Part shown: positions 28,954 through 38,785 of the stretch, one piece after another
Layout of the letters: each line of letters starts with the position of its first letter
Numbering within the stretch: the stretch's first letter is position 1
Source: Planctomycetota bacterium
Lineage (GTDB): Bacteria; Planctomycetota; PLA2; JAEUHO01
Direction of reading: 5' to 3'
Length of the DNA stretch: 64,000 nucleotides
Assembly (NCBI GenBank): GCA_030065025.1
Contig: JASJDY010000015.1
Span: forward strand, 2,281 to 66,280
Translations under genes and position numbers: made by a program
The notes under the pieces: generated by a model
The model's database searches: none
Told to the model about the DNA's origin: nothing
Seen by the model: the letters and a program-made list of their open reading frames with translations, nothing else

Positions 28954-31900
28954 GCCGAGTGGGCCTCCATCGACGACGGCTGCTCCGGGCGCTCTGCCTG
29001 GGGCTGCTGCTGCTCCTCGCGACGGCCCCCCGTGCCGCCGCCGAGGATCCGCTATCGCCGGAGGAGGTCCGCAAGCGCTCGCTGCCCCTGCGTACGGCGC
29101 TGCACCACGATCCGACGCTGGGCTCGCCCCTGGAGCGGCTGGTCGAGCTCTACCGCAAGGCCGATCGCGTCGAAGAGCTCGTCGCGGTGTACCGCTCGCA
29201 CCTCCAGAGCTACCCGCAGGATCTCTCGGCGCGCACGGTGTACACGCGCCTGTTGCTCGCGACCAACGACCCGGAGGGGCCGCGCGAAGTCCGCGCCGCC
29301 GTCGAGCGCCATCCGAAGAACGGCTACCTGCACCACCTGCTGTACACGCTGCTGGACGACGCGGGCGATGCCCGCGCGCTCGAAGCGCTGGACAAGGCCG
29401 TCTCCCTCGAGACCCTGCCCACGCGCAAGCGCCGGTGGATCGAGCAGCTGCTCACCCAGGCGCTCCAGGAAGACCGGCGCGACCTCGCCGGCAAGCATCT
29501 CGGCGCACTCGCCGAGCTGATGGGCGGCGGCGCCGAGGCGCACCTCGGGGCAGCGCGCAAGATGCAGGAGTTCGGCTTCCACGAGCGCGCCTTGAAGGAG
29601 CTCGTGACCGCGCGCGAGGCCCGGCCTTCGCCAGAGCATGGCGTCGAGATCGAGCTGCTGGCCTCGTCCCTCGAGGTCGCGCTCGGCAAGCGGATCGAGG
29701 CGGCTCGGCGTCTGGACGAGCTGCTCGCGCGGTTGACGGCCGACTACTGGCGCCGCTCCGAGATCCTCCGGCGGCGCGCGCGTCTCGTCTCCTCGGCCGA
29801 GGAGCGGGACCGCATGCTCGCCGACGCGCGCACGCGCAGCGACGAGCGCCCGCAGGACGAGTCGGCGGCGCTCGATCACGCGCGCCTGCTGAGCGGCTTC
29901 GAGCGCCATCGTGAAGCGCTGGAGGTGCTGCGTCAGGCGGGGAAACGCCTGCCCGCGTCCGCGCAGCTCGAGCGGGAGATCCTCGCGACCTTCGATCGGC
30001 TGCGTGACGAACGCGGGCGCGCCGCGTACCTGGAGCAGCGCCTGGAGGCGTTCCCGGAGCGACAGGATCTCGTGGAGCGGCGCGTGCGCTCGCTGTTCAT
30101 GCTCGGTCGCAAGGAGAAGGCCAAGGAGGTGCTCGACGGCCTGCTCGCGAAGCTGCAAGACGGCGTGCGCGTCCAGCGGCTGCTCGAGACCGCACGCTTT
30201 CTCCGCGGACGTGGGTTGCCGACGACCGCCGCCGACCTCTACGCGCGCGTGGTCGACATCGTGCCCGCGCGCCTCGACATCCGCCGCGAGTGGGCGGAGT
30301 GCCACCTCGCGGTCGGAGATCGAACGGGGGCACGCCGCGTACTCGCAGCCCCGATTCCCGCCGAGACGCCGAAGGACGTCTTCCTGGACCTCATCCAGCT
30401 GCTCATGCAGCAGTGGCTCTACCCCGAAGCGCGCAAGGCGCTCAACGAGCGCATGCAGACACAGGGTGACGACCTCGACGTGCACCTCGCGCTGATCGAG
30501 GTCGAGGGCAGCCTGGGCTACGGCACGAGCGGCGCGCGCTGGGTCGACGCGGCACGGCCGCTCGCCGACACGCCTGCCCGCTATCGCCGCTGGCTCGAGC
30601 AGGCCGTCGACTTCCACATCTTCTACGACAGCGAGGTCGCGTTCCTGGAGGCCGAGCAGGGCCGCATCGAAGCGGAGGCCGGCGAGTGGTCCCCGACGCG
30701 CGTGGGCCGTCTCGAGGTGTTCGCCGAGCTCAGCGCGGACAACGACCGCGTCGAGCCGGTCGCGGGCCTGCTGCAGAACCATCTTTCCGAGGACCTGCCG
30801 AACGAGGTGCGCGTCAGCCTGCGCCGCAAGCTGGCAGCACTCCTCGAAGAGTCGGGTCGCGGCTGGTTCTCGCGCAACGACGCCCACCTGGGGGCCGCCT
30901 CGGACGAGCTCCGCAGCCTGCTGCGCGACGATCCCGACCACGCGAACGAGTACCGCGCGCGCCTCGCGTTGATCCACATCGCGCGGCAACGCAGCGACCT
31001 CGCGCGCCCGCTGCTCGAGAAGGTCGAGGTGCGCCGGCTGAGCGACGTCCGCATGCTCGAGCGCCTCATCCGCGCCTACACCGACCTCGACGACGGCGTT
31101 CACGTGCTCCGCTGCCTCGAGCGCCTCACGATCGTGGCCGCCTCCGATCGCGGCCACTGGGAGGACTGGATCGTCGCGCTGACGAGCACGGGCGAAGAGC
31201 ACAAGCTGCGCAGTGCGATCCGCCGGCTCCTCCGCGGCGTGCCGCGCATGAAGCTCAGTCGCGACACCGAGATCGACCTGAAGGACCATCTGCGCGACTC
31301 CTACTGGCGCTCCATCGGACGCCAGGTCGCGCTGCGCACCGAAGCCGGTCATCTCGAAGCGCTGGCGCTCCTGGACGAGGTCGAGCGGCTCTCCGCCGCC
31401 GAGGACCTGCCGCTGTGGATCTCGTGGTCGCGCGCATTCGTGTTCAACGCACTCGAGCGAGCGCACGCCCGCGACGCGGCCATCGGCGAGCTCGACCGCA
31501 TCCTGGCCGAGCGGCGCAAGGCCGCCCGCGAAGAGCTCGAGCACGACGCCGAACCGGATGCCGAGCTCGACCTCACCGAGATGCTGGCGGCACTCGACCG
31601 ACGCCTCGATCGCATCGCGTTCCCCGACGGACTCGCCGCGTCGTGGTCCTCGGCCCGTGAGCTGCTGACTCGCGAGGCGCCGGTGCCGCCCGCCGGCGGC
31701 ACGCCGAGCGACCGCCGCGGCCCCGAGGGCCGGCTGGGCGTGCGCTGGGTGTTCGAGACCGACGGCCAGGCAGCCGTCACCGCAATCAAGCCGCTCGATG
31801 CGCAGCGACTGCTCGTCGCCGACACCGACGGTGACCTGTACGGACTCGATCGGCGCAGCGGCAAGGTCCTCTGGGCCCACACCGGGGTGTTCGAGACCCG

Positions 31901-33329
31901 ACCGGGCACGAATCCCCAGACGCAGGCGTACGCCCCGATGCAGGTTCCCGTGCTCGGGCCTGCGGGCAGCTTCTTCGTGCCCGGCTCCGGTCGCGTGCTC
32001 TGCTTCGGACCCGACGGCGCACGTCGGTGGGAAGCGCAGATCGGCGACGGCTCCGCGGCACTGGCGCTGGCCGCCGGGCCCGAGGGGCTGTTCGTGCACG
32101 ACCCGGGCTCGGGCGAGGTCGCGTCCCTCGACCTCGCGGACGGCAAGGTCCGCTGGCACCGGACGCTCGAGATGAGCTCCCGCTCGGCGCCCGTGGCGCA
32201 GGGCTCCGGTCTGTCACTCGAGGGCGGGCGACTCCTGGTGTTCGGGCCGCGCACGGCGATCCTGGGTGCGAGCGACGGCCGCGTGCACTGGACGTTCGAT
32301 CCGGAGAGCGCGCGGCGCGTGCCGATCACGCTGGAGGAACCGGACGGGCGCTACCGCGGGCTGTTCGGCAGGCGCAGTCGCCGGCCGCGCATGGCGGCCG
32401 CCGGCGGCGCGGCGGCGCGCCCTGGCAGCGCGCCCCTGCCCGGTGCCCCCTTCGGATCGGTTCCGCCGACCGTGTTCCTCGGTGGACGCAGTCGGCCGGC
32501 CATCGGCATTGGTGGTGGGTCGTGGTCCGGTCCGGTACCGCCTGGCTGGAGTGGTGGCCCCCCGGCCGCCTACTACGGCCCCGGCGCCGTCGCCCCCACC
32601 GTCACCACCTTCCTCACGCCCGGGGGCCGCTCGCCCCAGACGTGGTCGCCCAAGAACCCGGGCCGCGCCACGGCCGTGGTCGCCCCCGCGGCGCGGTGGG
32701 CCGCCCCCCTGCCGTATGGCGCATCGCGGACGGGCTTGCTGTTCGGCCACCGCCTCCTGCTGCTGCGTGCCGCCCCCCCGGCGGGCGCGAACCCGACCAA
32801 CGTCGAGGCGCTCGTCGTCGATCTCGATCTGCCGCTGTTCGGCAGCGAGGTGCGCGTCACGGGCACGCCGCTCGGTCGCATCGGCAGCCGTCTCGTGCTG
32901 CTCCAGGGCGGACGCGTGGTGCTGTGGGACGTCGAGCGCGGGACCCAGTCGGCGTACGACCTCGAGCGGGTGAGCGCGGGCTTCCAGCGCTACCAGGTGC
33001 ACGCTGCGCGCGAGGGCGCGTTCCTCTACGCCAGCGGACCCGGCGGCGTGCTCTGCCTCAACCTGAACACGCTGAAGGAAGTGTTCCACGCGTCGTGGCC
33101 CGACTCCGTGCGGCCGCTGCGCAACGACGAGCCGACATGGGTGCAGTACCTGCTCCATGGCATGACAGAGTTCCGCCAGGGCAGCGCCATGACCCCCGTC
33201 CTGCGCCCCAGCGGACACGCCGACGAGGACACGCTCTACACCGTGTCCGATCCCTACCGCGTCGTCGCCCTCGAGGATCGCACGTCCGAAGGCGCGGCTG
33301 CCGACGAGGAGGATGCCGGTGGCCGCTGA
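28950..33329 (+). CDS. Large secreted protein (1459 aa): N-terminal TPR region (about 900 aa) plus a PQQ/BamB-like beta-propeller with a Pro/Gly-rich insertion.
   Basis: It has a signal peptide (LLLLLATAPRAAAEDP), many TPR-like helical repeats and propeller blades (GDLYGLDRRSGKVLWAH and ADGKVRWHRTLE). Its ATG overlaps the MoxR stop in an ATGA arrangement. Confidence 0.65.
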   Translation: MSRVGLHRRRLLRALCLGLLLLLATAPRAAAEDPLSPEEVRKRSLPLRTALHHDPTLGSPLERLVELYRKADRVEELVAVYRSHLQSYPQDLSARTVYTRLLLATNDPEGPREVRAAVERHPKNGYLHHLLYTLLDDAGDARALEALDKAVSLETLPTRKRRWIEQLLTQALQEDRRDLAGKHLGALAELMGGGAEAHLGAARKMQEFGFHERALKELVTAREARPSPEHGVEIELLASSLEVALGKRIEAARRLDELLARLTADYWRRSEILRRRARLVSSAEERDRMLADARTRSDERPQDESAALDHARLLSGFERHREALEVLRQAGKRLPASAQLEREILATFDRLRDERGRAAYLEQRLEAFPERQDLVERRVRSLFMLGRKEKAKEVLDGLLAKLQDGVRVQRLLETARFLRGRGLPTTAADLYARVVDIVPARLDIRREWAECHLAVGDRTGARRVLAAPIPAETPKDVFLDLIQLLMQQWLYPEARKALNERMQTQGDDLDVHLALIEVEGSLGYGTSGARWVDAARPLADTPARYRRWLEQAVDFHIFYDSEVAFLEAEQGRIEAEAGEWSPTRVGRLEVFAELSADNDRVEPVAGLLQNHLSEDLPNEVRVSLRRKLAALLEESGRGWFSRNDAHLGAASDELRSLLRDDPDHANEYRARLALIHIARQRSDLARPLLEKVEVRRLSDVRMLERLIRAYTDLDDGVHVLRCLERLTIVAASDRGHWEDWIVALTSTGEEHKLRSAIRRLLRGVPRMKLSRDTEIDLKDHLRDSYWRSIGRQVALRTEAGHLEALALLDEVERLSAAEDLPLWISWSRAFVFNALERAHARDAAIGELDRILAERRKAAREELEHDAEPDAELDLTEMLAALDRRLDRIAFPDGLAASWSSARELLTREAPVPPAGGTPSDRRGPEGRLGVRWVFETDGQAAVTAIKPLDAQRLLVADTDGDLYGLDRRSGKVLWAHTGVFETRPGTNPQTQAYAPMQVPVLGPAGSFFVPGSGRVLCFGPDGARRWEAQIGDGSAALALAAGPEGLFVHDPGSGEVASLDLADGKVRWHRTLEMSSRSAPVAQGSGLSLEGGRLLVFGPRTAILGASDGRVHWTFDPESARRVPITLEEPDGRYRGLFGRRSRRPRMAAAGGAAARPGSAPLPGAPFGSVPPTVFLGGRSRPAIGIGGGSWSGPVPPGWSGGPPAAYYGPGAVAPTVTTFLTPGGRSPQTWSPKNPGRATAVVAPAARWAAPLPYGASRTGLLFGHRLLLLRAAPPAGANPTNVEALVVDLDLPLFGSEVRVTGTPLGRIGSRLVLLQGGRVVLWDVERGTQSAYDLERVSAGFQRYQVHAAREGAFLYASGPGGVLCLNLNTLKEVFHASWPDSVRPLRNDEPTWVQYLLHGMTEFRQGSAMTPVLRPSGHADEDTLYTVSDPYRVVALEDRTSEGAAADEEDAGGR

Positions 33330-34218
33330 CGTCGATCAGGTCTTCGATCCGGACTTCCTGCAGCGGCTCCGCACGCTGTTCTTCAAGCTGCGCCGGCGCA
33401 AGCTGCTCAAGCAGAAGGGCATCCAGCAGACGCAGGCGCTCGGCTTCACGCGCGAGTTCAAGGACTACCGCCACTACACCCGCAGCGACGACTTCCGCGC
33501 CATCGACTGGCGCCTCTTCGCGCGCATCGAGCGGCTCTTCGTGAAGCTGTATGAGGAGATCCAAGAGTTCCACGTCCACATCCTGATCGATCGCAGCGGC
33601 TCGATGGTGGAGCCGTTCCCGCGCAAGCGCGTCGCCACGCTGCGACTCTCGGTGGCGCTGGCCTACCTCGGCCTCATGAACCAGCACCGCGTCTCGCTGC
33701 TCTCGTTCGGGGAAGAGCTCCGTCAGGAGGTCCCTCCCATCAAGGGCCAGGGGCACATCCACCGCATGCTGCAGCACCTGACGGCGCTGCCCTTCGAGGG
33801 CATCACCGACCTCTCGTGCCTGAAGCAGTTCCGCCCCAAGCGCGACCGGCGCGGCATCGTGTTCATCCTTTCCGATCTGCTCGGACGGGAGCCCGAGGAA
33901 GCCGCCGCCGCGCTCGAGATCTCGACGTCGTGGCCGGCCGAGACCCACGTGGTCCACATCCTCGAGCCGGAGGAGATCCACCCGGACATCGACGGCGAGG
34001 TGCGGCTCATCGACGTGGAGACCCAGGAGCAGCGCCAGCTCACGCTCACACGCCGCGACATGGATCGCTACCAGGAGGCATTCGAGCGCTTCCTCGAAGA
34101 GCTCGCACAGTCGTGCATGCGCCGGCGCGTCGACTACGTCACGTGGCGCACCGACCTGGCCTTCGAGAAGATGTTCCTCGAGCTGCTCTCGCGCGGCAGC
34201 GCACTGTCGCAGGGCTGA
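33313..34218 (+). CDS. DUF58-family protein (partner of MoxR in MoxR-vWA systems).
   Basis: It has characteristic DUF58 sequence (FKDYRHYTRSDDFRAIDWRLFARIERLFVKLYEEIQEFHVHILIDRSGSM) and sits in the canonical position after MoxR. Confidence 0.75.
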   Translation: MPVAADVDQVFDPDFLQRLRTLFFKLRRRKLLKQKGIQQTQALGFTREFKDYRHYTRSDDFRAIDWRLFARIERLFVKLYEEIQEFHVHILIDRSGSMVEPFPRKRVATLRLSVALAYLGLMNQHRVSLLSFGEELRQEVPPIKGQGHIHRMLQHLTALPFEGITDLSCLKQFRPKRDRRGIVFILSDLLGREPEEAAAALEISTSWPAETHVVHILEPEEIHPDIDGEVRLIDVETQEQRQLTLTRRDMDRYQEAFERFLEELAQSCMRRRVDYVTWRTDLAFEKMFLELLSRGSALSQG

Positions 34219-34231
34219 GGGGAGGGACGGA

Positions 34232-36154
34232 GTGCACTTCCAGTTCCCCGCACAGCTCGCCTGGGCCTGGCTCCTCGTGCCCGTCGTGCTCCTCTTCCTC
34301 GTCCGCCGCCGGCCGAAGAAGGTCAAGGTCAGCACGCTCGCCTTCTTCAAGTCGCTGGCCCACGTCTACCGCGAGTCGCCGTGGCTCCGGCGCCTCAAGA
34401 AGCTGCTCGCCCTGCTGATCGCCGCGGCCACGGTGGGCTTCGGCGTGTTCGCCCTGGCGCAGCTCGTCGTGGCGCCCGAGGCCGGGGACCTGCGCAGCGT
34501 GCTCGTGGTCGTCGATGGCTCGGCCTCGATGGCCGCCGTGGACGAGGACGGCCGCAGCCGCCTCGAGGTCGCAAAGGAACGCATCCGCACCCGGCTCGCC
34601 GGCCTGCAGTCGAGCGTCGGCGTGCTGCTGATGCGCTACGACCGGCGCCCCGAGATCCTCGTGCCCACGAGCTACGACCGCCGCAGCCTGCTACGTGAGC
34701 TCGACGGGCTCGCCGTACGCCCTGTGCCGGGCGATGCCGATACGGCGCTGCGTCTCGCGGCGCGCCTCGCGGCGCTGAACGCGCCTGCAGCGATCTGGCA
34801 CGTGACCGACGCGCCGCTGCAGGTCGATGGCGGCGCGGACGACGCGACGCCGGAATCCGACACCGAGGAAGTGGTCGTCGCGACGCTGGAGGAACGCCTC
34901 GGCATCGCGAACGACGTCGAGCTGGAGTCGATGGTCGTCGGTCTCCCGCGCGCGACCAACGCGGGCATCACCGGCTTCCAGATCAGGCCACGACCGCTCG
35001 AACGCGGACGCTTCGACGCGTTCGTCGAGGTGCACGCGCAAGGGCCGGCCGACGTCGAGGTGAAGCTGGAAGTCCGGCTCGACCAGAAGCTCGTCTCCCT
35101 GCGCGACCTGACCGTGCCGCCCGGGGGGAGCGAACGCCTGCTCATTCCCGTGGAGGGGGGCCGCGGGTCCGTGCTGACGCTGGAGGCCCGCACGGAGGGC
35201 GACGTCCTCGCCGAGGACGACAGCGTCCACGCGCGCATTCCCGAAGCGCGTCCGGTACGCCTGCTCTGGGTACGCGCGAAGGAGAGCGTCGACCCGTTCA
35301 CGCAGCTGGCGCTCGTCGCCCTGGGTGAGGAGGGCGTCCTGGAGGCGTTCGAGACCTCGCCCGAGACCTACGACGCGAAGAAGGAGACGTTCGACGTCAT
35401 CCTCTTCGACGGCTGGCTGCCGGAGACGTGGCCGACGCAGACGCCGGTGCTCGTGATGAAGCCGCCGCGCTCCCTCGGCCCGGTGCGCACCGCCCCCATC
35501 GCCGGCGACGGCCTGCCGATCGACGAGCTGCGCGCGGTGGATGAACGCCACCCCGTGCTCTACGGCGTGGCGAGCGACCGCGTCGCGGTCACGCAGACCG
35601 CCGTCCTCGAGGCCGGTGGCTCGCTGGCTCCGCTGTGGACGGGTGCCATGGGCCCCCTGCTCGTGGCCGGCGAGGTGCGCGGCCAGAAGCTCGTGGTGAT
35701 GGCCTTCGCCGCCGACCGCTCCGAGCGCTTGGGGCTCATGGCGTCCTATCCCCTCCTGCTGGGCAACGCCGTGTTCTGGCTGTCCCAGGGCGAGGAGGAG
35801 GAACGCCAGGGCAACAACCTGCGCACCGGCCGCGTCGTCGAGGCCGAAGGCGATGCCATCGTGTGGGAAGACGACGCCGGCACCGAGGTCGGCCGGACGC
35901 CGCTGGCCGGAGGCGGAACCGTGGCGGAGCTGGACCGTCTCGGGCTGTGGCGCATCGGTGAGAAGTCGGGCAGCGCGTCCCTGCTCTCCAAGAGCGAGAC
36001 ACTGATCACGACCTCCAGCGACGAGGTGGAGGCCGGCGCGGCGACGGCCACGAGCGGTTTCCTGAGCGGCGACATGCGTCCGCTGCTCTTGTGGCTGCTC
36101 CTCGCGCTGCTCGTGGTCGAGGCGTGGCTGTTCCACCGGCACGCGGTGTATTGA
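34232..36154 (+). CDS. BatA/BatB-like membrane protein with a vWA domain.
   Basis: It has the N-terminal BatA-type segment (LAWAWLLVPVVLLFLVRRR), a vWA MIDAS motif (VVVDGSASM) and a C-terminal TM helix. Confidence 0.65.
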   Translation: MHFQFPAQLAWAWLLVPVVLLFLVRRRPKKVKVSTLAFFKSLAHVYRESPWLRRLKKLLALLIAAATVGFGVFALAQLVVAPEAGDLRSVLVVVDGSASMAAVDEDGRSRLEVAKERIRTRLAGLQSSVGVLLMRYDRRPEILVPTSYDRRSLLRELDGLAVRPVPGDADTALRLAARLAALNAPAAIWHVTDAPLQVDGGADDATPESDTEEVVVATLEERLGIANDVELESMVVGLPRATNAGITGFQIRPRPLERGRFDAFVEVHAQGPADVEVKLEVRLDQKLVSLRDLTVPPGGSERLLIPVEGGRGSVLTLEARTEGDVLAEDDSVHARIPEARPVRLLWVRAKESVDPFTQLALVALGEEGVLEAFETSPETYDAKKETFDVILFDGWLPETWPTQTPVLVMKPPRSLGPVRTAPIAGDGLPIDELRAVDERHPVLYGVASDRVAVTQTAVLEAGGSLAPLWTGAMGPLLVAGEVRGQKLVVMAFAADRSERLGLMASYPLLLGNAVFWLSQGEEEERQGNNLRTGRVVEAEGDAIVWEDDAGTEVGRTPLAGGGTVAELDRLGLWRIGEKSGSASLLSKSETLITTSSDEVEAGAATATSGFLSGDMRPLLLWLLLALLVVEAWLFHRHAVY

Positions 36155-36166
36155 GGCGAGGCGTAC

Positions 36167-38776
36167 GTGGACTGGGCCAACCCCTATCTGCTCCTCTGGA
36201 TCCTCCCGGCCGCGGGCCTGCTGTGGCTCACGACGCGCGGCTCGCTGCACCCCATGTCCGCACAGCGTCGGCGCGCGCTTCTGGTCGTGCGCGCCTTCTG
36301 CATCCTGCTCGTGCTGCTGGCGCTGGCCGCGCCCGCGTGGGAGCTGGAGACGGAAGAGGAGACGATCGTCTTCATCCTCGACCACTCGAAGAGCCTCGGC
36401 GTCGAAGGACAGCGTGCCGCGGTCGAGCGCATGAACGCCCTGCTCGACGAGCTGCCGGGCGACACGCGCGTCGGCATCGTCTCGGTCGGCGCATCGACGA
36501 AGGTGCTCCGCAACGTGGGCACGGATCACGATCCCCTCGAACCCGACCCCGCGCTGATCGAGGCGGACGGTTCCGAGAGCGACCTCTCGGGTGCCGTGGC
36601 GCTGGCGTCGGGGCTGTTCCCGCCGGGGACGGCCAGGCGCCTCGTCCTCGTCAGCGACGGGCTCGAGACGCGCGGCGACCTGGAAGAGACGGCCCGCGAG
36701 GCGGCTCTGCAGGGCATTCGTCTCGACGCCGTACCGGTGCGCGGCCCCAGCCGTCCGGACGCGCGCATCGTCCGCCTGCGCTCGAGTCGCTCCCGCTCGC
36801 ACGAAGGCGCGAGCATCGCGCTCTCCGCGGAGATCGAGAGCTCCACCGACGGCAAGGCGCGCCTGCGCCTGTTCGAGAACGGCGTCGAGGTCGAGGTACG
36901 CGACGTCGAGCTGAAGGCGGGCGAGCCGAAGCTGGAGGTGTTCCAGCGCACGCCGGAGGAGCGCAACCTCTACCGGTACCTCGTGCGCATCGAGGACTTC
37001 CCCGCCGACGCGATCGCGGAGAACAACGAGGCCATGAGCCTCGTCGAGGTGCGCGGCCGGCCGTTGCTGCTGCTGGTGGAGGGCGAGCCGGAGGAAGCCC
37101 ACTACCTGACCGCGGCCATGGCCAAGGAGGGGATCCGGCTGCACCTCAGGCCTCCGGAGTCCGTACCGCAGACCCTCCAGGAGCTCGCCGCCTACGACGG
37201 CATCGTGCTGTCCGACGTGCCGGCGTTCCAGCTCGCGGACCGCACCATGACGCTGATCCACGACTACGTGGAGCAGCTCGGCGGCGGGTTCCTCATGATC
37301 GGCGGCCTGCGCAGCTTCGGCGTCGGCGGCTACTACCGGACGCCCATCGAGGACATCCTCCCGGTGCGCATGCAGCCGCCCGACAAGGAGGAGCGCTACT
37401 CCACTGCGCTGGCGCTCGTCATCGACCGCTCGGGCTCGATGCGCGGCAACAAGATCGAGATCTGCAAGTCCGCGGCCATCGCCACGGGCGAGATGCTGAG
37501 CCGCAAGGACCACATCGGCGTCGTGGCCTTCGACAGCCGGGCGCACTGGGTCGTACCGATGATGCGCGCGGGCAAGAAGGGCGACCTCGCCGCACGCATC
37601 GCGACGCTCAACGCCGGTGGCGGCACGAACATCTATCCCGGCATGTCGGCGGCGTACGAGGCGCTCAAGGGCGTCAACGCGCGCGTGAAGCACATGATCA
37701 TCCTGACGGATGGGCAGACGCAGGGCGGCGGCTACCAGCAGCTGGCCCAGCAAGCCCAGCAGGACGACATCACCGTCTCGACGGTCGGCGTCGGGCAGGG
37801 CGCCGCGAACCAGCTGCTGGCGAGCATCGCGCAGGCAGGCGGCGGCAAGCACTACGCGACGAACGACCCCAGCAACATCCCGCGCATCTTCACGCAGGAC
37901 GCTGCCACGCATCTCGGCAAGCTCGTGCGCGAGCAGGCCTTCCGGCCGCAGGCGGTGGAGAGCCACCCGATGCTCGCGGGCTGGGACGCCGCGCAGGCAC
38001 CGGAGCTCCTCGGCTACGTGAAGACCATCCGCAAGGCGACGACGCAGGTGCCGCTGGTCACGGACCTCGGCGATCCCCTGCTCGCGCACTGGCGCTTCGG
38101 CCTGGGCAAGGTGACGGCGTTCACGTCGGACTGCAAGTCGCGCTGGGCGGCCTTGTGGATCGCCGGCTGGCCGGGCTACAGCCAGTTTTGGGGTCAGGTG
38201 CTGCGCGAGATGGCGCGCAATCCCCAAGGCCGCAACATGGACATCCACCTGGCACGCGACGCCCGCGGCGCGCGCATCGTGGTCGACGTGTTCGAAGACG
38301 CCGCCCAGTTCAAGAACGCCGCCGACGTGCTCGCGGACGTGTACTTCGTCCCGCGCGGCGCGCTCGGCTCGGCCATGAAGAACATCCACACCACGCGCGT
38401 CGAACAGGTGGGCCCCGGACGCTACGAGGCGCGCTTCCGTCCGGACAAGCCCGGCGTCTATCTCGTGCGTGCCCGCTCCGGAGCGGACATGGTCTCGGCC
38501 GGTCTCGTCTACGACGTGTCCGGCGAGACGGCTTCTGCCCGCGTCGACGACGAGCTGCTCCAGCGCGTGACGAAGGCCAGCGGCGGCAGCATCGTGCCGG
38601 ACGACACGACGGAGCTCGGCTCTGCTCGCACGGCGAAGGCACGCTTCGTCGATCTCACGCCCTGGTTCCTCGTGTTGTTCCTCCTGCTGTTCCTCGTCGA
38701 CATCGGGATCCGTCGCTGGGAGAACGTGTTGGGCGTGTACGACTGGACCGTCGGTCTGCTCCTCAAGCGCGCGTAG
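36167..38776 (+). CDS. BatA-like membrane protein with a vWA domain and large extracytoplasmic regions (869 aa).
   Basis: The N-terminus MDWANPYLLLWILPAAGLLWL is aerotolerance-BatA-like. It has a vWA motif (LVIDRSGSMRGNKIEICKSAA...ILTDGQTQ) and a C-terminal TM helix. Confidence 0.7.
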   Translation: MDWANPYLLLWILPAAGLLWLTTRGSLHPMSAQRRRALLVVRAFCILLVLLALAAPAWELETEEETIVFILDHSKSLGVEGQRAAVERMNALLDELPGDTRVGIVSVGASTKVLRNVGTDHDPLEPDPALIEADGSESDLSGAVALASGLFPPGTARRLVLVSDGLETRGDLEETAREAALQGIRLDAVPVRGPSRPDARIVRLRSSRSRSHEGASIALSAEIESSTDGKARLRLFENGVEVEVRDVELKAGEPKLEVFQRTPEERNLYRYLVRIEDFPADAIAENNEAMSLVEVRGRPLLLLVEGEPEEAHYLTAAMAKEGIRLHLRPPESVPQTLQELAAYDGIVLSDVPAFQLADRTMTLIHDYVEQLGGGFLMIGGLRSFGVGGYYRTPIEDILPVRMQPPDKEERYSTALALVIDRSGSMRGNKIEICKSAAIATGEMLSRKDHIGVVAFDSRAHWVVPMMRAGKKGDLAARIATLNAGGGTNIYPGMSAAYEALKGVNARVKHMIILTDGQTQGGGYQQLAQQAQQDDITVSTVGVGQGAANQLLASIAQAGGGKHYATNDPSNIPRIFTQDAATHLGKLVREQAFRPQAVESHPMLAGWDAAQAPELLGYVKTIRKATTQVPLVTDLGDPLLAHWRFGLGKVTAFTSDCKSRWAALWIAGWPGYSQFWGQVLREMARNPQGRNMDIHLARDARGARIVVDVFEDAAQFKNAADVLADVYFVPRGALGSAMKNIHTTRVEQVGPGRYEARFRPDKPGVYLVRARSGADMVSAGLVYDVSGETASARVDDELLQRVTKASGGSIVPDDTTELGSARTAKARFVDLTPWFLVLFLLLFLVDIGIRRWENVLGVYDWTVGLLLKRA

Positions 38777-38785
38777 AGTCGGGGC

